From: an uncultured Verrucomicrobiae bacterium
GTDB lineage: Bacteria > Verrucomicrobiota > Verrucomicrobiia > Chthoniobacterales > JAATET01
NCBI GenBank assembly: GCA_963719495.1
Contig: CAVRCI010000013.1
Span: forward strand, 288,001 to 352,000
Direction of reading: 5' to 3'
Length of the DNA stretch: 64,000 nt
Shown here in pieces: positions 9,776 to 21,623 of the stretch (position 1 is its first letter; each line of letters opens with the position of its first letter). Under the pieces are notes generated by a model that saw only the letters and a program-made list of their open reading frames with translations, made no database searches and was not told the origin of the DNA. The translations under genes were made by a program, and so were the position numbers.

Positions 9776-10780
9776 TTAAACGTCCTGCGGCGGGATTCGG
9801 GGCCGCGCGACCGCGACCGGCGGCTTGATTTTTTCGACTTGGGGAACGCTCTCCGGCTCCGATTCGTCGGCAACAGCCTCCGGTTCCGGCGCGGGCGCGG
9901 GCGTGGACGCGGCTTCCTCGACCGCCGCGAGGCTCGAATCCGGGAGCAACACGTCGCGAGCACCGGTGAATTCCTCGAAGAGCCGGTGCTGATAGGACCG
10001 CAGACGCTGACGCTCGAGAAAGAAAACGCTCTCGTCCTGGATGAGGCCATTGATGCTCTTGCTGGACTTCTGGAGCATGCTGTTGAGATTCCACGGCAGG
10101 CGCTCGATGGTGATCTCGCGGGCCCCGAGGGCGAGGAGTTCCTTGCGGGCATTGCTGCCGTCGTAGATCTCGGTCACCGGCGAAGTCTTGAGATTGCGAA
10201 CGACGATCCAGTTGGCGTTCTTGCCGACGCGCTTCGCCACTTGGCCGGCCTGAAAGACGGTCTCCTTGTCCTCCTCGATGATCACGACCAGCGTGATCTC
10301 GAGCCCAAGCTGCTCGCGCAGCTCGAAGACCCGGGCCTCCTCGAGCCAGTCGATAAATTTCGTCTGCAACGACCCGACCCCATCCGCGATGACCAGATCC
10401 GTCCGTTCGAAGGCCCGGATCACGTTGTCCAAATGCACCTCTTCGCTGATGTCGATGAACTCGGCCTCGCCGTGAAAGCGCGTGAGCGTCGAATTGCACC
10501 AATCGGGATCGAAGGCGATGAACGGGACTTCCAGGGATTGCAGCCACTCGATCAGGTTGATCGTGACGTAGGATTTCCCTACGCCGCCTTTGCTGGTGGC
10601 GGAGAGAATGAGGCGCTTGGTGCCGGTGCTCGCCGGGGCAGAGGTTGATTCCGTCGCTTCGGGGATCGGCGTCATTTTGGAAGTTGAGGATGATTTTTCG
10701 GTCACGGGGCTGGGATCGGTTTCCTGACGCTCGTGCGCCTTTTTGAGGAACTGACTAAATACTTTCGAACGATCATCCAT
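9776..10780 (-). CDS. ParA/MinD-superfamily P-loop ATPase, paralog of 9038-9769 with disordered termini
   Basis: SKGGVGKS, FDPDWCNSTLTRF, IIEEDKETV shared with the neighbour; likely start ATG 10780. Confidence 0.8.
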   Translation of the reverse strand: MDDRSKVFSQFLKKAHERQETDPSPVTEKSSSTSKMTPIPEATESTSAPASTGTKRLILSATSKGGVGKSYVTINLIEWLQSLEVPFIAFDPDWCNSTLTRFHGEAEFIDISEEVHLDNVIRAFERTDLVIADGVGSLQTKFIDWLEEARVFELREQLGLEITLVVIIEEDKETVFQAGQVAKRVGKNANWIVVRNLKTSPVTEIYDGSNARKELLALGAREITIERLPWNLNSMLQKSSKSINGLIQDESVFFLERQRLRSYQHRLFEEFTGARDVLLPDSSLAAVEEAASTPAPAPEPEAVADESEPESVPQVEKIKPPVAVARPRIPPQDV

Positions 10781-10993
10781 GGCGAACACCCGCTTGCCAC
10801 GACGGCGCTTCGCACGCCCGGGAGCCGGTTTCTGTCGGAGATAATCAGAGTAGCAATTCCCGCGCAAGCCGAGATGTCGTATTTTATTCACTCGGTATAC
10901 AGACCGACCCTCCCGGCGATTTCCTCTCTTGTCATCGGAGGTCGGATTGCTACGTTTCCCGACACCGCACCTCTGCGGGGATCTCTATCGAGT

Positions 10994-11461
10994 ATGATGT
11001 TGGCCAACCTCCTCTCCGCCGGGCAAATCATCCCGGAAATGCAATCCGACGAGCGCTGGGAAGCCATCGAGGAGATTGTGAAGCGGCTCGTGACCGCCGG
11101 CCGCATCGAGGAGAAGGACACCGAAACGATCCTCTCCTCGCTCAAGCAACGCGAGGAGACGATGAGCACGGGCATCGGATTCGGCATCGCCATTCCCCAC
11201 GCTTCGTCCGATCACGTGGAGGACGTCGTCGCCGGATTCGGCCGATCTAAGGCGGGGATCGAGTTCGACTCGCTCGACAACGAGCCGGTGCACTTCATCG
11301 TCCTGTTCATCGTCCCACGCGACCAATTTCAAACCCACCTCCGGACGCTCGCCGCGATCGCGAAATTTCTGAACGACCGCACCGTGCGCGACGAACTCGC
11401 TCAGGCCACGGACGCGGAATCGATCCTCGCGGTCTTCACCAACCGCGCCCAGAGCGCCTAA
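10994..11461 (+). CDS. PTS EIIA component (PtsN/fructose-mannitol type)
   Basis: REETMSTGIGFGIAIPHA motif with phospho-His, FDSLDNEPV; start ATG 10994. Confidence 0.9.
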   Translation: MMLANLLSAGQIIPEMQSDERWEAIEEIVKRLVTAGRIEEKDTETILSSLKQREETMSTGIGFGIAIPHASSDHVEDVVAGFGRSKAGIEFDSLDNEPVHFIVLFIVPRDQFQTHLRTLAAIAKFLNDRTVRDELAQATDAESILAVFTNRAQSA

Positions 11462-11472
11462 GGGCTCCGCCG

Positions 11473-13191
11473 ATGAAAACCGCCCGCTCCCTGCTCGAGG
11501 AGCGCCTTCGCACCGCGCTCGCCCAGCTTGACTTCGATCCCGCCGCCGCGGAAGTCACGCCGACCGCCGACGCCCGCTTCGGCGACTATCAGACCAACGC
11601 CGCGATGGTCCTCGCCAAGCCCCAACGCCGCAATCCGCGCGAGCTCGCCGCCGCGATCGCCGAGGCCATCGACCTCTCCACCCTCGCCGAAGCGCCCACG
11701 CTGGCCGGCCCGGGATTCATCAATTTCCGCCTCACCGACGATTACCTGAGCGCCGCCGCCGCCCGGCTCGCCGCCGATCCCCGCGTCGGCGTCGATCCGA
11801 CCGAGACACCCCAACGCATCGTCATCGACTTCAGCGCGCCAAACGTCGCCAAGCCCATGCACGTCGGCCACATCCGCAGCACGTTCATCGGCGACGCGCT
11901 CGCCCGCGTCGCCCGATTCCTCGGCCACCACGTCGTTACCGACAACCACATCGGCGACTGGGGCACGCAATTTGGCAAGGTCATCCACGGCTGGAAACAC
12001 TTCCTCGACCGCCCCGCGCTCGAGGCCGATCCCATCCCGGAACTCCTCCGCCTCTACCGCCACGTCAACACCCTCGAAGCCACCGACGAAGCCCTCGCCC
12101 GCACCGTCCGCGAAGAGCTCGTGAAGCTCCAATCCGGCGACGTCGAGAACCTCGCGATCTGGCGGCAGGTCGTCGATTTCTCGTGGGTCGGGTTCGAAAA
12201 ATTCTACACGCTCCTCGACATCCGCTTCGACGAGCACCTCGGTGAGAGCCACTACCGCGACGCCCTCGGCCCGCTCGTCGACCGACTCCTCGCCGACGGC
12301 ACCGCCCGCATCAGCGAAGGCGCGGCCTGCATTTTCTTCCCCAACGACGCCGATCTGGCGGAGAAACCCTGCCTCATCCGCAAGACGGACGGGGGATTCC
12401 TCTACGCCACGACCGACCTCGCCACGATCGAATCCCGCGTCGACCGCCACGCCCCCGACGCCATCTGGTACGTGACCGGCGCGCCGCAGGCCCTGCATTT
12501 TCAGCAGGTCTTCGCCGCCGCCGCGCTCACGGGCATCGCCGTCGACGCCCGCCACGTCCCCTTCGGCAGCATCCTCGGCGAGGACCGCAAGATCATGCGC
12601 ACCCGCTCCGGCGAGAACGTCCAGCTCGCCGACGTTCTCACCGAAGCCATCGACCGCGCCCGCGCCATCGTCGCGGAAAAAAACCCCGACCTCCCCGCCG
12701 ACGAGACCGAATCCATCGCCCGCACCGTCGGCCTCGGAGCCGTCAAATACGCCGAACTCTCCCAGAATCGCCTCACGGACTACGTCTTCGCCTGGGACAA
12801 AATGCTCTCCTTCCAAGGCAACACCGCGCCCTACCTGCAGAACGCTTACGTCCGCATCCAATCGATCTTCCGCAAAGCGGGCACCTCACCCACCACTCAC
12901 CAGTCACCAGCCACCATTCACCTCCCCGCCGTCACCGAACGCGCCCTAGCCCTCAAGCTCACGCAGTTCGCGGAAATCCTCCCGCTCGTTCTCGCCGACT
13001 TCCGGCCCAACCTCCTCGCGAACTACCTCTACGAGCTCGCCACCAGCTTCCACGCCTTCTACGAAGCCTGCCCCATCCTGAAATCCGACGGCGACACCCG
13101 CGACTCCCGCCTCGCCCTCTGCGACGCCACCGCCCGCACGCTCCGCACCGGTCTCGACCTCCTCGGCATCGGCGTGCCCGAGCGCATGTAA
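11473..13191 (+). CDS. argS: Arginyl-tRNA synthetase
   Basis: FGDYQTN, PNVAKPMHVGHIRS (HIGH-like), GDWGTQFG, GNTAPYLQNAYVRI, C-terminal ERM. Confidence 0.97.
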   Translation: MKTARSLLEERLRTALAQLDFDPAAAEVTPTADARFGDYQTNAAMVLAKPQRRNPRELAAAIAEAIDLSTLAEAPTLAGPGFINFRLTDDYLSAAAARLAADPRVGVDPTETPQRIVIDFSAPNVAKPMHVGHIRSTFIGDALARVARFLGHHVVTDNHIGDWGTQFGKVIHGWKHFLDRPALEADPIPELLRLYRHVNTLEATDEALARTVREELVKLQSGDVENLAIWRQVVDFSWVGFEKFYTLLDIRFDEHLGESHYRDALGPLVDRLLADGTARISEGAACIFFPNDADLAEKPCLIRKTDGGFLYATTDLATIESRVDRHAPDAIWYVTGAPQALHFQQVFAAAALTGIAVDARHVPFGSILGEDRKIMRTRSGENVQLADVLTEAIDRARAIVAEKNPDLPADETESIARTVGLGAVKYAELSQNRLTDYVFAWDKMLSFQGNTAPYLQNAYVRIQSIFRKAGTSPTTHQSPATIHLPAVTERALALKLTQFAEILPLVLADFRPNLLANYLYELATSFHAFYEACPILKSDGDTRDSRLALCDATARTLRTGLDLLGIGVPERM

Positions 13192-13259
13192 ACTCCTCGC
13201 GCGAAAAAACTTTCGGCTTCCTTACACGCGCCCCCCGACCCATCATCGTAAGCCACATC

Positions 13260-13334
13260 ATGCACAGCGTATTCTACATCATCGGAGTCATTGTCGTCGT
13301 CGTCGTTATCCTCAAGGTTCTTGGCTTGTTCTAA
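13260..13334 (+). CDS. Putative 24-aa single-TM small protein MHSVFYIIGVIVVVVVILKVLGLF
   Basis: ATG 13260 to TAA 13334, wholly hydrophobic with one Lys; below the ORF-track cutoff. Confidence 0.55.
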   Translation: MHSVFYIIGVIVVVVVILKVLGLF

Positions 13335-13953
13335 GTAACCCGCGGATCCTGGATTCGGCCGGCGCGTGATCGCGCCAGTCGTAAACCAGACCACGAAATC
13401 CCGCCGCTTCAGCGGCCGCGACATTCTCCGGAAGGTCGTCGATAAAAAGTGTCCGCGTCGGTTCGACGCGGCATTTTTGTGCCGCGATCTCGTAAATTTC
13501 CGCGGACGGCTTGAGCGCTCCGGCCTCGAAGGAATACACGCCCGCGCGGAAGGTCCGAAAGACCGGATACGTCTCGAAGATGTGCTCCACGTGAATGCAC
13601 GAGATGTTCGAAAGCAGGAACGTCGGCACCCCCGCCGCCGCCAGCTCGGTCGCCAGCGCCGTCATCGGCACGTTCTCCTCGAAGATCCGCTGCCACACCG
13701 CGACGAACTCCGCGTCCGTCCCCCGGTGACAAAAAACCGGCCGCACCCGCCGCAGAAACTCCACCCGGTCGATCTCCCCACCCTCCAGCGCCACCTGCGC
13801 CGCCGCCACCGGCTCCCGCTCCGGCATCTCGTCCAGCCCGCCCAACTCCATCAGCCGCCGGGCCGCCACCAGGTAGTCGAACTTCAGCAGAACGTTCCCG
13901 ATGTCGAAAATCACCGCATCGACCTCACCCTCACCCCATTTCTTTTTTCCCAT
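13312..13953 (-). CDS. HAD family phosphatase (YihX-like)
   Basis: IFDIGNVL, LLSN, KP, FIDD..ENV motifs. Confidence 0.9.
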   Translation of the reverse strand: MGKKKWGEGEVDAVIFDIGNVLLKFDYLVAARRLMELGGLDEMPEREPVAAAQVALEGGEIDRVEFLRRVRPVFCHRGTDAEFVAVWQRIFEENVPMTALATELAAAGVPTFLLSNISCIHVEHIFETYPVFRTFRAGVYSFEAGALKPSAEIYEIAAQKCRVEPTRTLFIDDLPENVAAAEAAGFRGLVYDWRDHAPAESRIRGLLRTSQEP

Positions 13954-13978
13954 TTCCCATTTCGAATTTCGAATTTTC

Positions 13979-15118
13979 CTAAAGCCAGTGTTTCCGTTTC
14001 GCGATCGTCACCGTGATCGCCACAATCACCGCCGACACCGCCCAGAAGAACAAATACCCATACCGCCAATCCAATTCCGGCATGTTAAAGGGGCTGTCCG
14101 TATTGAAATTCATCCCGTAAACCCCCGCCACGAACGTCAACGGAATGAAAATCGTCGAGACCACCGTGAGCACGCGCATGATCTCGTTCGTCCGGAATCC
14201 CAGGCTCGACAGATAAACGTCCATCAACCCCGCCGACAGATCGCGGTAGCTCTCGATGATGTCGATGATCTGCGTGATGTGATCGTAGCAATCGCGCAGG
14301 AAGACCGCCGTCCCGTCCGCCAGCCGCCCCGAATCGTCCCGCATGAGCGCTGAAAAGATCTCCCGATGCGGCCACGCCGCCCGCCGGAGCTGAATGAGAA
14401 GCCGCTTCACCTCGTAGAGCCGCCGCAGCGTATCCTTCGTCGGTTTCGCCAGCAGCTCCTCCTCCAGATCCTCCACCCCGTCGCCGAGCGATTCGAGCAC
14501 CGGAAAAAACTGATCCGCGATCGTGTCGAGCAGCGCGTAGAGCAGGTAATCCTCCTTCCGCTTCCGCGCAAACCCCCGCCCGTTCCGCAGCCGAGCCCGC
14601 ACCGGCTCGAACGTGTCGCACCCCCGCACCTCCTGCAGCGTCAGCACGAACGAATCCCCCAAAAACAAGCTCACCTGCTCCACCGCCAACCGCTCCTTCG
14701 TCTCGAAGTAGACCATCTCGCTCACCACGAACAGATGATCGTCAAACGTCTCCACCTTCGGCCGCTGCGTCGTGTTGAGCACGTCCTCCAGCGTCAACGG
14801 ATGCAGCCCAAACCGCTCGCCGATCGCCCGCAACACCGCCACGTCCTCGAGCCCATCGACGTTGATCCAATTCACCTTCGCCGGATCGAACCGCGCCATC
14901 AGCTCGTCGAAAGTCGCGAACTCCTCCTCCGTCACCGACCCCTCGTCGTATTGAATGAGCGTGAGCGTCGGCGCCTCGCCGTGGCCATCCTCCCTCGGCA
15001 GCAACGTCGCCGGAGCCGTCCCGGGAAGGTGGTAATTCAGACGGATCACAACCGCAAAACTAGGATCGGCCCCCGCCGCTGGCAAGCCGCCCGGACTCCC
15101 GACTTTCGCATCGCCCAA
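13979..15118 (-). CDS. corA: Magnesium/cobalt transporter CorA
   Basis: HPLTLEDVLN.QRPKVE, YGMNF signature, MPEL.W.YGY. Confidence 0.95.
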   Translation of the reverse strand: MGDAKVGSPGGLPAAGADPSFAVVIRLNYHLPGTAPATLLPREDGHGEAPTLTLIQYDEGSVTEEEFATFDELMARFDPAKVNWINVDGLEDVAVLRAIGERFGLHPLTLEDVLNTTQRPKVETFDDHLFVVSEMVYFETKERLAVEQVSLFLGDSFVLTLQEVRGCDTFEPVRARLRNGRGFARKRKEDYLLYALLDTIADQFFPVLESLGDGVEDLEEELLAKPTKDTLRRLYEVKRLLIQLRRAAWPHREIFSALMRDDSGRLADGTAVFLRDCYDHITQIIDIIESYRDLSAGLMDVYLSSLGFRTNEIMRVLTVVSTIFIPLTFVAGVYGMNFNTDSPFNMPELDWRYGYLFFWAVSAVIVAITVTIAKRKHWL

Positions 15119-15149
15119 CCTGCGCTAAAGTCACCCCCAAGCCACCGCC

Positions 15150-15389
15150 ATGACCGCCATCATCGAGTTTTTCAAACAGCAGCTGCAGGGCGAGAAGCCA
15201 CTCCACCCCATCGACCGCGCCGCCGCGAAATTCTACGTCAAACAGCGCCTCGCCCACATCTTCCCCGAGCTCCGCGGCAACCCCGAAGCCCTCGAGCAAG
15301 CCTACCGCGACCTCGATCTCCGGGCCCACCCCGGCACCGGAGAAGGCGGAGCCACCGTCTTCGAAACCATCTTCACCGGAAAGCTATAA
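15150..15389 (+). CDS. Hypothetical protein (79 aa)
   Basis: ATG start, host-like codon usage, fills the gap divergent from corA. Confidence 0.6.
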   Translation: MTAIIEFFKQQLQGEKPLHPIDRAAAKFYVKQRLAHIFPELRGNPEALEQAYRDLDLRAHPGTGEGGATVFETIFTGKL

Positions 15390-15401
15390 AGCAGCCGTGG
15401 A

Positions 15402-15418
15402 ATCGGCTTCCAGCCGAT
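15402..15418. repeat. Dispersed REP-like palindrome ATCGGCTTCCAGCCGAT (also 25316-25332, 41401-41417, 45891-45907, 63373-63389)
   Basis: Five intergenic copies in either orientation, 7-bp stem with 3-nt loop. Confidence 0.85.
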
Positions 15419-15564
15419 CACCAACCAAAAATCGGCAAAGCCGATTCAAATCCCCCACCACCAAACGCCCCAAGTCACCAACCCGATTCTCAAACACCAA
15501 AATCCCCCGCACACGAATCCCCCCTTTTGCGCCCTATCTGCGCCTCTTCGCGGCCAAAAAAAAC

Positions 15565-16032
15565 TCACCCGGCTTCACCCGAAGCCGCCCGCCGCCGATT
15601 CCGCAGCACGGTCGCCGCCCCCTTCATCCGCGTGAGGATGTAATACACCGTCTGGCTCCGCTGCCGAACCAGATCCGCGCCGACAATCTTCGGCACGAAA
15701 TCCGCCGGCACCGCCAGCACCTCCTCGATCGTGCAACCCTCCAGCCCCTTGCACAGAATCGAAGTCATCGCCTTCGTCAGCGTCTGCACCTGCGGCCCGA
15801 GGGTGATCCGATAGTGCGACCCACCCGCCTCGCCGACCTTCAGAAAAACCCCCACTTCATCGGTGCATTCCTCATCCTTCCGAACGTCCTCGAGGTCGAA
15901 AGTCTCCCCTTCCCGCGGCCCCTGATTCGCAGACTGATCCGCGTAGAGAATCAGCATATCGCGCTTCTCCGCATCGGGCAGCACCTCGAAGAGCCCCACA
16001 ATCTTCGCCAAATTAGCCGGATACTCACTCAT
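15565..16032 (-). CDS. SufE family Fe-S/sulfur acceptor protein
   Basis: Start ATG 16032 MSEYPANLAKIV...; EEC motif; co-oriented downstream of a sulfurtransferase. Confidence 0.75.
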   Translation of the reverse strand: MSEYPANLAKIVGLFEVLPDAEKRDMLILYADQSANQGPREGETFDLEDVRKDEECTDEVGVFLKVGEAGGSHYRITLGPQVQTLTKAMTSILCKGLEGCTIEEVLAVPADFVPKIVGADLVRQRSQTVYYILTRMKGAATVLRNRRRAASGEAG

Positions 16033-16049
16033 CGCACTCACCGCATTCA

Positions 16050-16090
16050 AAATCCGAAATCCGAAATCCGAAATCCGAAATCCGAAATCC
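16050..16090. repeat. Tandem heptamer AAATCCG x ~6
   Basis: Directly visible between the sulfurtransferase and sufE genes. Confidence 0.9.
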
Positions 16091-16091
16091 A

Positions 16092-16946
16092 TCAAGCTCC
16101 CTTGGCGATCGGGGCCCGCACGCGGTTCCCCCATTCCGTCCACGACCCGTCGTAATTCCGCACCTTCTCGTAACCCAGCAGGTATTTCAGCACGAACCAC
16201 GTGTGGCTCGAGCGCTCCCCGATCCGGCAATACGCGACCACGTCCTCGCCCGGCTTCAGCCCGGTCTCGTCTTCGTAGAGCGCCTTCAATTCGTCCGCGC
16301 TCTTGAACGTCGCGTCGTCGTTCGTCGCCTTCTTCCAAGGCACGCTCTTCGCCCCCGGGATGTGCCCGCCGCGCAGCACCCCCTCCTGCGGATACTCCGG
16401 CATGTGCGTCACCTCGCCAACGAACTCCCCCGGCGACCGCACGTCGATCAGCGGCTTCCCCGCCTCGCTCTGCGCCAGCGCATCCTCGTAGAACGCCCGA
16501 ATCTCCGCGTCCCGCCGCTCCGTCGGCACGGGGTAATCCACCGGCTCCGACTTCGGCACATCCCGCGTCAGCTCCCGACCCTCCGCTTTCCACTTGTCCC
16601 GACCGCCGTCCATGATCCGCACGCTCTCGTGACCGAATAACTGAAACGCCCACAGCGCGTAGCACGCCCACCAATTCGACTTGTCGCCGTAGAAGACGAC
16701 CGTGGTATCCGGCCCGATCCCGTGCCGCGAGCACATCTCGGCGAATTCCGCCGGCGCGATGTAATCCCGCACCGTCTGATCCTGCAGGTCACCCCGCCAA
16801 TCGATGTGCACCGCCCCCGGCACGTGTCCCGTGCTGTAAAGGAGGACGTCTTCGTTGCTTTCGACGATGCGAATCGAAGGGTCGGCTAGATGTTCAGCCA
16901 CCCAATCAGTCGACACGAGGGCTTCGGGATGTGCATAGTTCGTCAT
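16092..16946 (-). CDS. Thiosulfate/3-mercaptopyruvate sulfurtransferase (tandem rhodanese)
   Basis: [21 protein letters not shown] active site, [10 protein letters not shown]; start ATG 16946. Confidence 0.95.
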   Translation of the reverse strand: MTNYAHPEALVSTDWVAEHLADPSIRIVESNEDVLLYSTGHVPGAVHIDWRGDLQDQTVRDYIAPAEFAEMCSRHGIGPDTTVVFYGDKSNWWACYALWAFQLFGHESVRIMDGGRDKWKAEGRELTRDVPKSEPVDYPVPTERRDAEIRAFYEDALAQSEAGKPLIDVRSPGEFVGEVTHMPEYPQEGVLRGGHIPGAKSVPWKKATNDDATFKSADELKALYEDETGLKPGEDVVAYCRIGERSSHTWFVLKYLLGYEKVRNYDGSWTEWGNRVRAPIAKGA

Positions 16947-17022
16947 AAGGTATAAAAAATGGAGGTCGACCCGCACCTTCCGACGCCTTGCCATCCGGCT
17001 CAAGTCCTTTCCCGCCGCACCC

Positions 17023-19364
<2,342 letters not shown>

Positions 19365-19368
<4 letters not shown>

Positions 19369-19487
19369 AAACCCTCGCCCTCGCACTCGCAGCCATCGCC
19401 CTCATCGCCACCCTCGGCGCTTGTTCCACCGGAGCCCGCGTCGACACCCCCATTCTCGACGTCGGAGTCGGTGGAGAAGTCGGATGA
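19365..19487 (+). CDS. Small lipoprotein (40 aa)
   Basis: [20 protein letters not shown] lipobox; ATGA overlap with the kinase stop codon. Confidence 0.65.
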
Positions 19488-19810
19488 CCGACCACGAAAG
19501 CCCAAAACCGAAAACGGTCGGCGAGCAGCCCGATGACCGCCCCCTACCCAGGGAAACCACCAATACCCCCACCACCACCGAGACCATCGCCGACAATTAA
19601 TCAGGGGGAGCGCACGCGTCCCCGCGTGCGAGATGCGGCGTCCCGCCGCATCGACCGGCAAATCGAGCCAAGCGAGAGAGCCGGACCTCAAGGAGCCGCG
19701 ATTTGCCAATGGCTTCGCCTCTCTGCGCTTCGCTCCGGCTGCCGAACCAAGCCAAAAGCGAAGCCTCATTCTCCAAGGTCCAAGCCTGACTCGAGAACGA
19801 AACAACCCTA

Positions 19811-20221
19811 ATGAAATACCCAAGACTCGCCATCAACCTCCGAGTCCCCGACCCCGCCGCCGCTCTTGAATTCTACGCCGCCGCCTTCGGAGCCACCGAG
19901 CGCTGCCGCCTCACCAACCCCCGCACCGGCACCATCGGCCACGCCGAAATCCTCATCGACGACGCCCTCGTCACCCTCTCACCCGGACCGGATGCCGATC
20001 CAACCTCAACCCCCGCCTCCCAAATCCTCCTGAACTGCCCCGACGTCGAAGCCGCCTTCGCCCGAGCCACCGCAGCCGGAGCCGAGACCGTTCGCCCACT
20101 CGAGACCGAATTCCACGGCCACCGCTGCGGCGCAATCCGCGACCCCTTCGGCCACGAGTGGATGCTTTTCCAGGATCTCGAAAGTCTCACCGCCGACCAG
20201 ATGCAAGAGCGCTGGGTCTAA
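19811..20221 (+). CDS. VOC/glyoxalase (PhnB-like) protein
   Basis: AALEFYAAAFGA, HAEI, G.R.G.IRDPFGHEW. Confidence 0.9.
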   Translation: MKYPRLAINLRVPDPAAALEFYAAAFGATERCRLTNPRTGTIGHAEILIDDALVTLSPGPDADPTSTPASQILLNCPDVEAAFARATAAGAETVRPLETEFHGHRCGAIRDPFGHEWMLFQDLESLTADQMQERWV

Positions 20222-20237
20222 AGCCTCCGTCGCTGAG

Positions 20238-21571
20238 GGTATGAACCGAGGACATAGGTGACAGATTGACCGAGGACATGGGTGACAGTTCAGGGTGGTG
20301 AATGCCCTGGCAAAACGAGTCACCGATGGAACAGAAACAGAGATTTGTAAGTTTGCTGACGAGCGACCGGTTCACGATGGTGGAGCTGTGCGAAAGTTTC
20401 GGCATCTCGCGCAAGACGGGTCACAAGTGGAAGGCGCGATACGAGGCCCACGGGATGGGCGGACTAGAGGATTGGAGCCGGGCCCCGAAGACGGTGACGA
20501 GCAGGACAGAAGAAGCGGTGGAGCGGCTGATTGTGGCCGAAAAGCGGTTACATCCGACGTGGGGGCCGAAGAAGATCCAGCGAGTGCTCGAAGTGAAGCA
20601 CGAAGTGGATCGTTTACCGGTCGTAAGCACGGTGGGAGAGGTTCTCAAGCGGCACGGGCTGGTGAAGGCGCGCAAGCGGCGAGGAGGCCTCTTCACGGTG
20701 GAACGAGGGACGCTGACGCCGCCGGAACGCTGTAACCACGTGCTCGGAGTGGACTACAAGGGATGGTTCCTGCTGGGTGACGGCGAGCGTTGCGATCCGT
20801 TGACGGTGAGCGATCTGCACAGTCGATACCTGATGAAAGCGGAGGCGATGCCGGACATGACGGTAAAGTGGACGCAGCGCGAGTTCCGCAGTGTATTCAA
20901 GCGCTACGGGCTGCCGGAGATCATTCGCGTGGACAATGGCTCCCCGTTCGCGTCGATGGGACCAGCGGGATTGAGCAGACTGAGCGTGTGGTGGATCGGA
21001 TTGGGTATCGAAGTGCAGTTCAGCCGACCTGGCTGTCCGCAGGACAACGGCTGCCACGAACGGATGCATCGCACGATGAAGGCCGAATGCTGTCAGCCGG
21101 GAAGCGCGAACCGTTGGGCCCAACAGCAACGTTTTGACCGGTGGCGCAGAGTCTTTAACGACGAGCGTCCGCACGAGGGCATCGGCATGAGGACACCGGC
21201 GCAAGCCTATCAACCCTCCCTGCGCCGGTTGGACGAACGCATCAAACCTGCGCTCTACGAGGCAGGGGTGGAAACCAAGCGGGTGAACAAAGCAGGCTTC
21301 ATCTCCTTGAATGGAAACAACTGCTTCGTCGGCGAGTCACTGATCGGCGTCGATGTGGCCGTGGAGGAATCGCCGGAGACAGGGCTGCTGGCCGTTCGAT
21401 ATGCCAATGTGAAGCTCGGGTGGCTGGATCGGACTCCCAACGCTCGGCTCCGGCCTACGGCCTACGCCGAGCGTTGGGAGTCGAAGCTTGCTCCCGCAAG
21501 CCATGAAAACTAACCCTCTAAGTGTTACCTATGTGGTCGGTTTATCTGTAACCAATGTTCCCGTTCATACC
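20238..21571 (+). mobile_element. IS481-family insertion sequence, copy 1
   Basis: Imperfect terminal IRs GGTATGAACCGAGGACATAGGTGACAGA / TCTGTAACCAATGTTCCCGTTCATACC, internal repeated subterminal motifs; second copy at 61149-62482. Confidence 0.88.
20302..21513 (+). CDS. IS481-family transposase (HTH plus rve DDE core)
   Basis: FGISRKTGHKW, WGPKKI, DYKG, DNGSPF, PQDNGCHERMHRTMK, RPHEG. Confidence 0.95.
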   Translation: MPWQNESPMEQKQRFVSLLTSDRFTMVELCESFGISRKTGHKWKARYEAHGMGGLEDWSRAPKTVTSRTEEAVERLIVAEKRLHPTWGPKKIQRVLEVKHEVDRLPVVSTVGEVLKRHGLVKARKRRGGLFTVERGTLTPPERCNHVLGVDYKGWFLLGDGERCDPLTVSDLHSRYLMKAEAMPDMTVKWTQREFRSVFKRYGLPEIIRVDNGSPFASMGPAGLSRLSVWWIGLGIEVQFSRPGCPQDNGCHERMHRTMKAECCQPGSANRWAQQQRFDRWRRVFNDERPHEGIGMRTPAQAYQPSLRRLDERIKPALYEAGVETKRVNKAGFISLNGNNCFVGESLIGVDVAVEESPETGLLAVRYANVKLGWLDRTPNARLRPTAYAERWESKLAPASHEN

Positions 21572-21573
21572 GA

Positions 21574-21623
21574 GGGGTCGGTCATTCATCGCTGAGGGGT
21601 CGGTCATTCATATTGACACATTT
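21574..21623 (+). repeat. RAYT-associated repeat GGGGTCGGTCATTCATATTGACACATTT (21596-21623) preceded by a partial tandem copy (21574-21589)
   Basis: Direct reading; supplies the last codons and stop (NVSI*) of the RAYT gene. Confidence 0.9.

Noticed and set aside
21613..21618. TTGACA inside the RAYT repeat as a portable -35 box
   Set aside because: No convincing -10 element at 16-18 bp spacing in the copies inspected.
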